Source of the DNA: Deinococcales bacterium
Lineage (GTDB): Bacteria > Deinococcota > Deinococci > Deinococcales > JAAFIG01
Length of the DNA stretch: 64,000 nt
NCBI GenBank assembly: GCA_031414595.1
Contig: JANNVX010000088.1
Coordinates: 1-64,000 of the forward strand
Direction of reading: 5' to 3'
The notes under the pieces were generated by a model. The model made no database searches. It saw only the letters and a list, made by a program, of their open reading frames with translations, and was not told where the DNA came from. Position 1 is the stretch's first letter, and each line of letters begins with the position of its first letter. Below are positions 39,621-49,789 of the stretch, piece after piece. The position numbers were made by a program, and so were the translations under genes.

Positions 39621-41167
39621 TTCAAAAATCGCTTGGTCAGGCGTTCAACTTCAGGCACTCGAAAAATCACACATAAAAGAATGTAAACTGCCCCCCCTAT
39701 CCCCCCAGCCACCACGCAATGCAGTAAACCATTGACCGCGCCCCTCGAGTACGGCAAGAGGTTTGATACAGTAACCGCCACAAAATAAGTCGCTACGGCT
39801 GCCGTACCAACCTTTAGGGTATGCCCAACCAATTTTTTCCACGGCAACGTGATTTGTTTGTGCAGCACTGCCACATAAACCCCAACCATCAGCCAGCCAG
39901 CAATGGCGGTTGCATAATTCATGGTCACAAAACCAAAACGTGCCAGTAACACATACAAACCTGTGTTGAGTAAAAATGCCACAGTCGAAATAATCACGGC
40001 TTCTCGAGTACGTTCCCTTGCATAAAATGCTCTGGTCAAAAGCTGCACCAAGCCCCACGGCGCAATTGCCAAGGCAAAGGTCGGCAACAGTGCCACAGTC
40101 GGGTTAAACACCAAGTCTGGGATTTTCTTGGTTATCTCGAGCAGCAGACTGGTAATGCTTGGCGAGAGCGCCCATAAAAGCGCCGAAACACCAGCCGAAA
40201 AGAATAGCACCAGTTTTGAGTATTGCATGACTGTATCGCGGAAAAGTTGCCAATTTTGATTGCTGGCATACTCGGATAAACGCGGATAAGCGGCGGTAGC
40301 AGGGGAGACCGCAAATAAACCTTGCATGGTTAAAAAAATAATTTCGGCATTGCGAAACCCCGTTAAAGTCCCCTCACCAAAACTGGTCAGCAAACCAATC
40401 AAAATAACACTTAGGAATTGGCGGGTACTGGTGGTAAAGGCAAAGGGTGCCATTAACCCGAGGGCTTTGGATAAACCCGAATGCCACTTAAAACTTGGCA
40501 AACTGAGCAGTCCAGATTTTCGTAAACTCGGTAACTGCACCAATAACTGGGCAAAGCCACCAAAACTGGTAAATAAACCAAGCCAGAGCGCTTGATTGGG
40601 GAACAACACAAACCCTAAAATCGTGACCAAATTAAAAGCTAACGGCGCAAAAGCGGTTGCGCCAAATTTTTCTTCGGCATTTAGTAAACCCATCACCAGT
40701 GCCGATAAGGAAATACCCATTAAAAAAGGCATACACAACCTCGCCAAATAGACAGTTAAATCCTTATCTAGTTGATTATTTTGCGCTCCAGAAAAAATAC
40801 TCGAGACCTGTAGTAAATCTACAATTTGCGGTGCAAAAATAATCCCCAAGCCAACAATCAGGGCATTGACCCCCAGCAGTACCCCCAGTAAACTCGAGGC
40901 AAAGGCTTTGCGCTCCGACGGCAAAAGCCGCTTATAGACTGGAATAATGCTGTTAGACAACGCGCCTTCGGCAAGCAGTTCTCTGAACAAATTCGGGATG
41001 GTACTGGCGACATTATAGGCATCAAGTAACTTGGCATCGAAATTACTATTCAGTAATGCTTGACGCAACAATCCCAATACCCGACTCGAGAGTGTACCGC
41101 TCATTACGGTCAAAATATTGCGGCTCGAGCTTTTGCGAACTGGGGCGATTTCGGTTTCGGTTTCCAC
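39614..41167 (-). CDS. murJ: Lipid II flippase
   Basis: SRVLGLLR, PNLFRELLAEGALS, RAFYA; many TM helices. Confidence 0.93.
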   Translation of the reverse strand: METETEIAPVRKSSSRNILTVMSGTLSSRVLGLLRQALLNSNFDAKLLDAYNVASTIPNLFRELLAEGALSNSIIPVYKRLLPSERKAFASSLLGVLLGVNALIVGLGIIFAPQIVDLLQVSSIFSGAQNNQLDKDLTVYLARLCMPFLMGISLSALVMGLLNAEEKFGATAFAPLAFNLVTILGFVLFPNQALWLGLFTSFGGFAQLLVQLPSLRKSGLLSLPSFKWHSGLSKALGLMAPFAFTTSTRQFLSVILIGLLTSFGEGTLTGFRNAEIIFLTMQGLFAVSPATAAYPRLSEYASNQNWQLFRDTVMQYSKLVLFFSAGVSALLWALSPSITSLLLEITKKIPDLVFNPTVALLPTFALAIAPWGLVQLLTRAFYARERTREAVIISTVAFLLNTGLYVLLARFGFVTMNYATAIAGWLMVGVYVAVLHKQITLPWKKLVGHTLKVGTAAVATYFVAVTVSNLLPYSRGAVNGLLHCVVAGGIGGAVYILLCVIFRVPEVERLTKRFLKK

Positions 41168-41206
41168 TAAACGCTAGGTTATCACGCAGCATGAATCAAA
41201 TATGAT

Positions 41207-41566
41207 TTAAGAAGCTAAAACTTTTTCGTAATAATCAATTTTATACTCAACGTGTTCAAGATTATGTGTTAAAGCCGCTAAATTTGCCAGAACCTCGAGC
41301 CGATGGGTTTTAAGAATCGCTATCCGCTCTGGGATATTGCTCGAATCTTGCTGTACCAACGTTGCGAACCTTCGCATGGTGCGAATCGGCATCCCAGTTT
41401 GGCGCAGACAGGTCAGAATACCAATCCATTCAAGGTCAGAACTTGAGTACCGCCGATGACCATTTGAACTGCGACCAACCTGCAAAAGCCCTTCGCGTTC
41501 ATAGTAATGCAGGGTGTGAATACTGATTCCAGCTTGGTTGGCAGCGTCGCTAATGGCAAAAGTCAT
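41207..41566 (-). CDS. MerR family regulator
   Basis: ISIHTLHYYEREGLL, NGHRRY, CLRQTGMPI. Confidence 0.9.
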   Translation of the reverse strand: MTFAISDAANQAGISIHTLHYYEREGLLQVGRSSNGHRRYSSSDLEWIGILTCLRQTGMPIRTMRRFATLVQQDSSNIPERIAILKTHRLEVLANLAALTHNLEHVEYKIDYYEKVLAS

Positions 41567-41608
41567 GCGCTTAGTTTAATTCCTCGAGTGGGCTATGGGT
41601 ATAGGGGC

Positions 41609-41639
41609 TTGACCTTGTGTGCGCTTGGGGTTTTAGACT
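41609..41639 (+). promoter_or_regulatory. MerR-type promoter with 19-bp spacer
   Basis: TTGACC-N19-TAGACT, 6 nt before the GTG start of the aldo/keto reductase, divergent from merR. Confidence 0.75.
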
Positions 41640-41645
41640 GCTTTT

Positions 41646-42620
41646 GTGAAAAGAAATCTTGGATGGAGCAGTATCGGTGTTAGTGCAATTGGTATGGGTT
41701 GTTGGGCAATTGGCGGAGAATGGAAATTTGACACTAACCAAGCAGGTTGGGGAAAAGTGGACAATCTCGAGTCTATTAAAGCCATCGAAGCGGCAGTTGA
41801 CCTCGGCATCACTTTTTTTGATACTGCCGCAAATTATGGCGCTGGACACAGCGAAGTAATTCTTGGTAAAGCCTTGGGGACAAACCGAGCCAAAGTGGTC
41901 ATTGCCACCAAATTTGGTTACGGCATCAATGAAGCCCAAAAAGTCGTCAGTGGGGTGCATTGCAGCCCCGTCGAAATACGAGCCTCATGTATGGATAGTC
42001 TCAGGCGTTTACAATCCGATTACATAGACCTCTTTCAGTTGCACGTTGGTGACTACCCAGTGATACAAGCTGGTGAGGTACGCGACACCTTGGAGCAACT
42101 GGTTTCCGAAGGACTGATTCGCACATATGGTTGGAGTACCGACGACCCAACTCGAGCCAAGGAGTTTGCAGATGGTGCAAATTGTGTGGCGATTCAGCAT
42201 CAACAAAATATCTTTGAGGATAACTACCCAATGCTAACTTTTCTCGAGCAGCAAGGTTTATCCAGCATTAACCGAGGTCCGCTTGGGATGGGAATTCTAA
42301 CGGGTAAATTTTCTAACGGCGCGACTTTAGAAAGCACTGATATTCGTCATGTTTCACCCGAATGGATGGCGTATTTTAAGAACGGGCAGCCAAACCCAAT
42401 TTGGTTAGCCAAGCTCGAGGCAATCCGAGAAATACTCTGTGCCGATGGTCGCAGCCTAACCCAAGGAGCGCTGGGTTGGTTATTGGCGCGAAGTGATAAA
42501 ACCATTCCAATACCGGGATTTAGAACTGTTAAACAAGTCGAGGAGAACGCCAAAACTTTAGAACTTGGAGCATTGCGTGTAGAACAAATGCAAGAAATTG
42601 CGGGGCTACTCGCAATGTGA
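41646..42620 (+). CDS. Aldo/keto reductase
   Basis: GMGCWAIGG, FDTAANYG.GHSE, IATKFG, DYIDLFQLH, PIPG. Confidence 0.93.
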   Translation: MKRNLGWSSIGVSAIGMGCWAIGGEWKFDTNQAGWGKVDNLESIKAIEAAVDLGITFFDTAANYGAGHSEVILGKALGTNRAKVVIATKFGYGINEAQKVVSGVHCSPVEIRASCMDSLRRLQSDYIDLFQLHVGDYPVIQAGEVRDTLEQLVSEGLIRTYGWSTDDPTRAKEFADGANCVAIQHQQNIFEDNYPMLTFLEQQGLSSINRGPLGMGILTGKFSNGATLESTDIRHVSPEWMAYFKNGQPNPIWLAKLEAIREILCADGRSLTQGALGWLLARSDKTIPIPGFRTVKQVEENAKTLELGALRVEQMQEIAGLLAM

Positions 42621-42642
42621 CGTGAATAACGACCTACCGAGA

Positions 42643-43182
42643 CTAACTTTTCTTACGGCTCTTCTCGAGCATTCGCAGTAATTCTTTCCAATCTAATCCC
42701 TGCGCCATCTGTTTACCTTGTTCAATCATGGTTTGGCTTAGGGTCTGCTGGCTGTCAAGTGCGGGTAATTCTGGTCGTCGCGCCCGAAAGTAGCGTTCGG
42801 CAACCACGCCCAAGGTGTAGGTGCTGGCGTAAACCAACGGGGCGTTGAGGACTGCGCCAAAAAATGGGATGGCTTTCATGGCACTTCTCGTGACAAGACG
42901 GGTGGCATAATTGAGGGCGACTGTACCAGCCAACTCGAGGGCGATTTCTTTGGCACGTTCACGACCCAGCTTAAAACCATACGCCTCCCCGATGTCCAAA
43001 ACCATTTTGATATGAAGCGGCAAAATAATTGCCAAGTCCAAAAAAGGCACTGGCTCGAGCGAAACGCCAGCACACCACAGAGCGCGTTCTTTAATGATGC
43101 GTGTGGTTTCTTCGTGTTCAAGATTGCCATTGGCGACAATAACCGAAGTGACGGCGGGTTGATAAAGCTCGAGTTCATTCAT
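42643..43182 (-). CDS. DUF697/YcjF-like protein
   Basis: PVPFLD…….MV..I…YG, K.IP..G. Confidence 0.7.
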   Translation of the reverse strand: MNELELYQPAVTSVIVANGNLEHEETTRIIKERALWCAGVSLEPVPFLDLAIILPLHIKMVLDIGEAYGFKLGRERAKEIALELAGTVALNYATRLVTRSAMKAIPFFGAVLNAPLVYASTYTLGVVAERYFRARRPELPALDSQQTLSQTMIEQGKQMAQGLDWKELLRMLEKSRKKS

Positions 43183-43230
43183 AAGTCCTATTACGCGCCT
43201 AAAGCCCGATGAGTTTCAAGGGGGTAGTTT

Positions 43231-43575
43231 CTAATCATCTTTATCAATTGTTTCGGCTTGGACTGCCCCAGCTTGAATTAACATGGCAATCGCAATCATG
43301 CTTAGACCCGCCACTGCCAAGGCTGGAAAAGGGCTGCCTTGAATCATCTGAATCATAAAAAACATCGCCAGAATACCACTGACCGCAAAACCAAGCGGAC
43401 GCGCCCATTTTTTTTGGTGCTGCATTCCCCACCCAGAGAGTGCCGCCAAGCTACCAAAAATTCCACCAACCACCAACGAAATCAGGCTGTTTGCCGTGAC
43501 CGCACCAATAAAGCCAGCAATTAAAACCACTGTGCCGTAAAGCATCATGTATCTCGAGGGGGTCATTTTTTTCAT
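43231..43575 (-). CDS. TMEM14-like small membrane protein
   Basis: YG…..GG..G…..S..SL..G pattern; four TM helices. Confidence 0.7.
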   Translation of the reverse strand: MKKMTPSRYMMLYGTVVLIAGFIGAVTANSLISLVVGGIFGSLAALSGWGMQHQKKWARPLGFAVSGILAMFFMIQMIQGSPFPALAVAGLSMIAIAMLIQAGAVQAETIDKDD

Positions 43576-44777
43576 GGCAACTCGAGTTGTTTTTGTGAGG
43601 CTTCTAAAATCGGGTCTGAGCCTTTGTTCAGGGCTTGCAGGTCATCTTTAACAAGAACATCTGGAGTTAGCTTCTCGAGTAGAGGTTCTTCACTGATGTA
43701 CAAATGCCGAATTACTGCTAATCGCAACTCGCTGCCTTCGCTTAAACGAAGCGGCAAGGTTGCATACTTGGAGCGCCCAGCACTGTTTTCGCCAATAAAT
43801 TTGGTGTACGATACCCGTTGCCAAGCCAAGCCCATCACTTCCGCCGCGCTCGAGGTTTGGGCATTGATCAGAACCGCTATTTTGCCAGTAAAAACACTTG
43901 GAAACTCGAGTGAAACTTTAGTGGTACTGCCAATCGCTTCCAGGACACCATTTTTTAGAGTATAGGTCAGAATTCCCAGTCTCGAGCGCATTTTTAGGAC
44001 TTCACCTTGAAAAAAGGCACTTAGGGTCAGCAGGGTTTCATCCAAGTAGCCACCTGTATTAAAACGCAAATCCAGCACCAACTTGTTTGCACCCCTTGTC
44101 ACCAAATTACTGAGCAGGTTATGGACTTTTTGGGCTGTGCCAATTGCCTTAAAACTTGGAATCCGAATATACGCCACGCCATTCTCGAGTAAACGCCCTT
44201 CTGGACTGAGTAAACCCATCAATAAGCCCGAAGCTGGAATAACCGTTAAATCAAAGGTTTGACCAGCCCGTGTGATTTTAAGAACCACTGGCATAGCATC
44301 TGGAAAAGAATTTTGTGTTATTGCCCAAGGCGCACCTGCTCGGGTCATGCCGATTATTTTATCGCCTCGTTTTACACCCATATCTGCTGCACTCGAGCCA
44401 GCCAGAACGCGGTAAACAATGTTTTCACGCAATTCGATTCCCAAAGCAAAACGCAGGTCAAGGTTGGCATCGCCCATTTGCTCGAGTCTTATTCGTTCAA
44501 GGTCTGGTGAGGCGATAAAACTCGAGGAAGAATCTAAACTCTGGGTGATACGTTTTAAGTCATCATAAATTTTACCGGCTGCACAACCAGAGTCCGAGCC
44601 GCAACGCAACACCAGCGCGGTTTGAGTACGGGTTTTGACAGCATTCAAATCCAGCGTATCGGCATCCACATGGTATTCGCTAATAAACTCAACGTATTGC
44701 TTGACCAAATCACTGGCGGGTGAAGCAAGGGCTTGGGAAAACAAGCAAAAAAGTAACATAGTCAAAACTCGAATCAT
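43572..44777 (-). CDS. S41 family peptidase-like protein with PDZ domain
   Basis: YIRIPSF, LDLR.N.GG, LIN..TSSAAE, PDV.V; signal peptide. Confidence 0.8.
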   Translation of the reverse strand: MIRVLTMLLFCLFSQALASPASDLVKQYVEFISEYHVDADTLDLNAVKTRTQTALVLRCGSDSGCAAGKIYDDLKRITQSLDSSSSFIASPDLERIRLEQMGDANLDLRFALGIELRENIVYRVLAGSSAADMGVKRGDKIIGMTRAGAPWAITQNSFPDAMPVVLKITRAGQTFDLTVIPASGLLMGLLSPEGRLLENGVAYIRIPSFKAIGTAQKVHNLLSNLVTRGANKLVLDLRFNTGGYLDETLLTLSAFFQGEVLKMRSRLGILTYTLKNGVLEAIGSTTKVSLEFPSVFTGKIAVLINAQTSSAAEVMGLAWQRVSYTKFIGENSAGRSKYATLPLRLSEGSELRLAVIRHLYISEEPLLEKLTPDVLVKDDLQALNKGSDPILEASQKQLELP

Positions 44778-44833
44778 GATGCTCTGTATTGTGACGCAAA
44801 ATTGCTTGGGACTCAAGGGGGTAGATTGACATT

Positions 44834-45532
44834 ATGATTCTCGAGAACACAAAAACACTGCTGCGTTTAGGATTAAGTGTATTGGTTCAACCCAAAATCC
44901 AAGTCTTAAACGCACCAAATCGTGAAATCAGTTCGCAAATGGCTTTGGGGTTGGCTCGAGAAGAAGATTTTGGGCAGCTTGAAACTGCGCTTTTTACCGT
45001 TCCAGAAAACGAATTTGAGGCTCGAGCCTTTTGGATAAACTTGTACAACACCCTGACTTTACACGCCATACAGGTTGCACAAATCAAAACCGAAATTCTC
45101 GAGGTGCTGGGGTTTTATAATCGTTTTGCGTACCAAGTTGGGGAATATATTTTTACACTAAACGAGATTGAACATGGGGTACTGCGCGGAAACAAAGCTG
45201 TTTTGGTCAGTAAGCCATTCTTGCCCCAAGACCCTCGAGCCAAATTTGTTTTACCAATTGAGCCGCGAATTCATTTTGCCTTAAATTGTGGAGCGCTTTC
45301 TTGTCCTCCGATTCAAGCCTATACCGCCAATGCGCTTGAGCAGCAACTCGAGCTTGCCACGCACAGTTATCTTGGGGATTGTAAACAAGTTGGGGACGTG
45401 GTTTGGTTGCCGCGATTATTTTCGTATTATCCAAATGATTTTGGGCAAGTTTTGGAATTTGTGCGCCGTTACTGCCCAGAATTACCAGCCAAAGCTCGAG
45501 TCAAATTCTTGCCGTACAATTGGAAGCGATAA
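44834..45532 (+). CDS. DUF547 domain protein
   Basis: AFWINLYN, LNEIEHGVLR, RIHFALNCGALSCP. Confidence 0.88.
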   Translation: MILENTKTLLRLGLSVLVQPKIQVLNAPNREISSQMALGLAREEDFGQLETALFTVPENEFEARAFWINLYNTLTLHAIQVAQIKTEILEVLGFYNRFAYQVGEYIFTLNEIEHGVLRGNKAVLVSKPFLPQDPRAKFVLPIEPRIHFALNCGALSCPPIQAYTANALEQQLELATHSYLGDCKQVGDVVWLPRLFSYYPNDFGQVLEFVRRYCPELPAKARVKFLPYNWKR

Positions 45533-45576
45533 TTTGTCACAAAAATGCCATCTGAACTTTCACAAAAGAGAGTAGA

Positions 45577-46317
45577 TTGATGGTTGCCGTGAAAGCCATC
45601 CTAGAAACCGTTTCGCATGACAAATGCTTTGTCGTTGACGACCTCAGAGCCGCTAATTTCTTGACCGACCCGCGAACCAGCATTTTGATTGAACCGTTTG
45701 TCGAACAAGAAAGCACGATTACTGGCGCAGCCGAACGGGTGGGAGTCTCGAGTTTACGGATGTTTAGAGCCGTGCAACGTATGGAAGAACTGGGGTTAAT
45801 CCGCGTTGCCAAAGCCACACCGCGCCGTGGCAGACCGCAAAAGCATTACCGCGCTGTGGCAGACCGCTTCTTTGTGCCTTATAACACCATCGGGTCTGAC
45901 ACCTTAGAAGATTTTTTACTCGAGCAAGACGACCGAGTACGCCGCGTTTTATTCAGGTGCTTATCTCTGCATATGCAGGAAATTCTAGGCGATGAATCTC
46001 AACCCGGACGGGTGATTCGCCGCAGTGCTGGGACACTCGAGCAAATCGGGCGGATGGAAGCCTATTCGGTCGCCAATCTGCACGAAGCCAATTGTGAAAA
46101 ACCCACACCGTTATTATCGAGCGAACACAGCCTAGGTTGGAGCGACTACGCTGCCCTGACCTTAGACCGAGAATCTGCCCTCGAGTTACGCCGCGAACTG
46201 ACAGCGCTTTTTTCTAAGTACAGTAAGCCCCGTGGAAAACAGCAATTTTTGTTTCGCAGTGCGCTTGCACCGGTGCGCGAATCGCTGGCGGATTTACTCG
46301 ATAAACCTAAACGGTAA
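45577..46317 (+). CDS. ArsR-like winged-helix protein
   Basis: V.RM..LGLIRV….R.GRP.K.YRAVA..FFVP, a pattern common in Deinococcota. Confidence 0.7.
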   Translation: MMVAVKAILETVSHDKCFVVDDLRAANFLTDPRTSILIEPFVEQESTITGAAERVGVSSLRMFRAVQRMEELGLIRVAKATPRRGRPQKHYRAVADRFFVPYNTIGSDTLEDFLLEQDDRVRRVLFRCLSLHMQEILGDESQPGRVIRRSAGTLEQIGRMEAYSVANLHEANCEKPTPLLSSEHSLGWSDYAALTLDRESALELRRELTALFSKYSKPRGKQQFLFRSALAPVRESLADLLDKPKR

Positions 46318-46326
46318 ATTTGTCAC

Positions 46327-46689
46327 TAGAGCCTCCGAAAGGTCTGAAATTCTTAGAAATTTTCGTCAAACACCTAAATAGAAAAACAGGGCGAACACGG
46401 GGGTTCGCCCCTACCTCACGCGTTTTTCATGCCATGGTTGTAGGGACAGGCGACCATGCCCGTCAGGTGCGCGTTTATGGTCAAGACACCCCTGTGTCTG
46501 TCCTGTAACCAACTAAAAGTGGCGAACCGTTTGACCCGAATTGGGCAGTAAAACACAAAGGGGTAGCTGTCGGGACTTGACAAATCAATACAGTTGCTAC
46601 CTCACGCATTGTTATGCCATGGTTGTAGGGACAGACCCCTGTGTCTGTCCTGTAACCAACGATGAAATGGCATTCTTTCGGAGGCTCTA
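46327..46689. mobile_element. MITE-like non-autonomous element (363 bp) carrying REP repeats
   Basis: Perfect 15-bp TIRs TAGAGCCTCCGAAAG / CTTTCGGAGGCTCTA; flanking 9-bp direct repeat ATTTGTCAC (46318-46326, 46690-46698); three GTAG REPs inside. Confidence 0.85.
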
Positions 46690-46781
46690 ATTTGTCACCT
46701 CGAGTACGTCTTCCTAATAATTATAGGAGTAAACTGTTGGGGTTGACGCTTCAAGCGTCTTGAATTTCGGAGGACACTGAA

Positions 46782-47147
46782 ATGGGAAAATATATTAACT
46801 TAACCGATGCAGACTTTGACAATCAAATCTCTAAGGGTTTAACGCTGGTGGATTTCTGGGCAGAATGGTGTCCGCCGTGTCGTGCGGTTGCCCCAACCAT
46901 CGAAAAACTTGGTGATGAGTACGACGGGCAAGTAACTGTGGCAAAAGTAGATGTGGATGCCAACCAACAAACCGCCATGAAATTTCGGGTTATGAGCATT
47001 CCAACTGTGATTCTGTTTAAGGACGGCGAACCTGTTGAACTGATGGTTGGAGCAGATATGAGCGGCAATAAGTACCGTGCGATGATTGCCAAGCACAACA
47101 CCAGCACTGTCTCGGTCGGCGAAAAAGTCTTGCAACCAACGGCATAA
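46782..47147 (+). CDS. trxA: Thioredoxin
   Basis: VDFWAEWCPPC, VMSIPT; GGAGG RBS. Confidence 0.92.
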   Translation: MGKYINLTDADFDNQISKGLTLVDFWAEWCPPCRAVAPTIEKLGDEYDGQVTVAKVDVDANQQTAMKFRVMSIPTVILFKDGEPVELMVGADMSGNKYRAMIAKHNTSTVSVGEKVLQPTA

Positions 47148-47160
47148 ATTTTTTAGGTAG

Positions 47161-47190
47161 AAACTGCCCTTAAAGCGAGGGCAGTTTTTT
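47161..47190. terminator. Intrinsic (probably bidirectional) terminator
   Basis: AAACTGCCCT-N7-AGGGCAGTTT plus a T-tract. Confidence 0.8.
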
Positions 47191-48083
47191 TATAGCGCAT
47201 CTCGAGCCAACTGCCGAATGTAGAACGCCTCGAGTGAACGCCTCGCATTTGCATTAGCTCGAGCATTCACCAGCAGCACAGCCATTCCAAACGGACGGGT
47301 TGAAATAAATGCCTGCTCGAGTTTTTCAAGTGGCACAGATTCTGCCCAAGGCTCGAGGTACGCCCTGATAAACAATGGCTCAAGTTCTCGGGTGTTAGAA
47401 AATGGACTCCAGTGGTGTGGTTTGGAATTGCCCATAATCCAGTGCAGGAAACGCTCGAGGTCAACGAAAGGATGGGTGATGAGGGCATCCGACCAATCAA
47501 TGATGGTACTGGGTGCAATCACATTCATCGGGTGAAAATCGCCATGCGCCAGCGCAAGAGGCAGTAAGTCAAGTCCCTCGAGTCGAATCTTATTTAAGTT
47601 CTGCAAGGCTTGAAACGCGTTTTCGTCGGTGCTGGATTCAAGAATAGCCTTGGCTTTTATAACCGCTTTACTTGGCTCGAGAATTTCACAACCAGCCTCG
47701 AGAATAACTTGGTGCTGGGTTAAAGTACAAATCTGCAATTCGGACATGGCACGTAAAGCCATAAGCCAATCTTTGAGGTTTGAATCACGTATCAAATGAG
47801 TTTCGCCAGCGCTTTTGGTCAGCAACCAACCCAAATTTGGTTCAGTCGCCAGCACCATTGGTGTATGGCTCGAGAATTGTTGCAGCCGAAGTGTGATTTT
47901 TATTTCTCGAGTCAGCACGGGTGGCACTGCCTTAAAATGCAGTTTTTGACCCTCGAGAAAGGTAATGCCCCAAAAGGCACTTGCTCCAGAATGCACCGTC
48001 TCGAGTTTACCGATTTTTGGGAACTGAGTCTCGAGCCAAGTTTGTGCAGACTCAAGCCAATCGGGTTCTAACCATGGATTCAT
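47190..48083 (-). CDS. Aminoglycoside-phosphotransferase-like kinase
   Basis: LAHGDFHPMNV, IIDWSDA..HPF.DL. Confidence 0.8.
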   Translation of the reverse strand: MNPWLEPDWLESAQTWLETQFPKIGKLETVHSGASAFWGITFLEGQKLHFKAVPPVLTREIKITLRLQQFSSHTPMVLATEPNLGWLLTKSAGETHLIRDSNLKDWLMALRAMSELQICTLTQHQVILEAGCEILEPSKAVIKAKAILESSTDENAFQALQNLNKIRLEGLDLLPLALAHGDFHPMNVIAPSTIIDWSDALITHPFVDLERFLHWIMGNSKPHHWSPFSNTRELEPLFIRAYLEPWAESVPLEKLEQAFISTRPFGMAVLLVNARANANARRSLEAFYIRQLARDAL

Positions 48084-48748
48084 GCTGGACGGTTCACAAT
48101 AACTTCTTTAAGTACACTATCGCGTGGCATTTCGAGCATATGGCGGATGGTTTTTGCCAAGGTTTGGGGGTGAATGTATTTTTCGGGTTCATACAAAGCC
48201 TGTTCTTGCGCTCGAACGTGTTGCTGCATTTGCGTCGCAGTCCGTCCGGGATACACCGTTTGTACTCGCAAAGTGGGTTCTTCGGCTGTTAAAGCATCGG
48301 CAAAAGCACGCAGGGCAAACTTACTGGCAGCATAAGCACTCCAATTGGCATTGGCGGAAAGTCCTGCCCCAGAATTTACAAACAACACTTGTCCACTCGA
48401 AACTCGAAGGCGAGGTAAACAAACTTTGGTCAGTTCAACGGCTGATAATAAATTGACCTCGAGCATTTCGCGCCACTGCACAAGCGGCATATGTTCAACA
48501 CTGCCCAGATTGGCAACGCCAGCATTATGCACAAGATTATCAATTTCTGGGATGCTTTTAAGTTGCTCGGCAAAAACCTCTGGTTGTTGTAAATCTAGAG
48601 TTAAACTCAAAGCATCTGGTAAAGACTGACGCAAGGCTTTAAGTTTTTGAGCGTCGCGCCCAAGCAAAATTAGGTGGTGATGCCCAAGTTCTTGAGCCAA
48701 TGCTTCCCCGATTCCTCCTGTTGCCCCAGTAATTAAAGTTGTTGGCAT
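48080..48748 (-). CDS. SDR oxidoreductase
   Basis: ITGATGGIG, HNAG, YAASK. Confidence 0.92.
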   Translation of the reverse strand: MPTTLITGATGGIGEALAQELGHHHLILLGRDAQKLKALRQSLPDALSLTLDLQQPEVFAEQLKSIPEIDNLVHNAGVANLGSVEHMPLVQWREMLEVNLLSAVELTKVCLPRLRVSSGQVLFVNSGAGLSANANWSAYAASKFALRAFADALTAEEPTLRVQTVYPGRTATQMQQHVRAQEQALYEPEKYIHPQTLAKTIRHMLEMPRDSVLKEVIVNRPA

Positions 48749-48761
48749 GGCTCGGAGTGTA

Positions 48762-49496
48762 CTACAGTTTTCGTGCCACACCAATCAAATGCGGACTCGA
48801 GTCGGCTAATCGCGCCCCATCAAAGTCTCCGCTCCACTCGAGCCGAAAATCCCTTAGCCAGCGCTCGAGTTCAAAACGGGTATAGTAGCGTTGGGTCAGC
48901 GTCAGGATTTCACGTTGCAAGTTTTTATCTGGTTTTGTGGTGTCTGCGTAATACGTGGTGGTACAGATTTGCATCGTTCTATCAATTTGTTGCTGCAAAA
49001 ACACATCAAGTCTCGAGCCGTCTGGTAAGGCAAAAGTTTCACCTTCGTGCCGCATCACACCTTCTAAACCAAAACGCGGTTGGTAAAGGTCAAAAGCAAA
49101 CACTCCACCATCCTCGAGATGATTCTTGATGCACCCCAGCGCTGCATCTTGGTCTGGCAAAGTATAGAGGTGCATCAGCATATTAAACGGCGCTATAATC
49201 AGCCCAAACGTCTGCTCGAGCCGAAAATTCTTTGCGTCGCCGTGAATAAAATGGATGTTGACATTTTCCCTTGCCGCATAACTTCGGGCTTTACTGAGCA
49301 TTTTGGCGCTTGGCTCGAGGGCTGTCATTTCAAAACCACGCCGAGCCAAAGGAACACTAACCCGCCCATTGCCAGCCCCTAACTCGAGAATTTGGGTTGT
49401 GCCTAGGCGTTCGGCAAGTCGGGCATAAAAGGCAATGTCATCACGGTAATTGGCGTATTGCAATTCGTATAAACCGGCGAGGTCATCGTAATTCAA
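48762..49496 (-). CDS. Class I SAM-dependent methyltransferase
   Basis: ILELGAGNGRV, PFN.LMHL. Confidence 0.88.
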   Translation of the reverse strand: MNYDDLAGLYELQYANYRDDIAFYARLAERLGTTQILELGAGNGRVSVPLARRGFEMTALEPSAKMLSKARSYAARENVNIHFIHGDAKNFRLEQTFGLIIAPFNMLMHLYTLPDQDAALGCIKNHLEDGGVFAFDLYQPRFGLEGVMRHEGETFALPDGSRLDVFLQQQIDRTMQICTTTYYADTTKPDKNLQREILTLTQRYYTRFELERWLRDFRLEWSGDFDGARLADSSPHLIGVARKL

Positions 49497-49789
49497 GAAT
49501 ACGCCCTATCGTGGTCTGGATGAAGTTCGTGAAACCGCAACCAAGCATCTTGCCGAGATACCACGGCACGCAATTTCTGTGTTATTCGTATTGAATAGAG
49601 ACGTGGGTTAGCATTTTTGGCTTGACCAAGAATCAATTCCCAATTTAGCCCAGAATCTTGGTAAACCTGATTCCACTCGAGTTGTAGAAGTTTTCGGATG
49701 GTATTGCGAAAGGCTAAAGTATTTTCATTGTCCAGCTTTACAAAATCGCGTTGAAAATGCGTATCATTAAGATCAATCAAAACCCTCAT
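49493..49789 (-). CDS. Putative RelE-like toxin
   Basis: 98 aa, LYSIRITQK.RAV…HPDHD.AY; ATGA-coupled to an AbrB-like gene. Confidence 0.55.
   Translation of the reverse strand: MRVLIDLNDTHFQRDFVKLDNENTLAFRNTIRKLLQLEWNQVYQDSGLNWELILGQAKNANPRLYSIRITQKLRAVVSRQDAWLRFHELHPDHDRAYS

Noticed and set aside
43572-44777. S41 protein as a pseudo-protease (GRS in place of GKG)
   Set aside because: The catalytic Ser region is retained and this position varies among S41 subfamilies; it cannot be judged without an alignment.
46320-46508. 62-aa ORF
   Set aside because: Lies wholly within the MITE/REP repeats and is most likely spurious.
46387-46660. Possible CRISPR or ncRNA array
   Set aside because: Repeats are GTAG REP palindromes inside a TIR-bounded element with irregular spacing.
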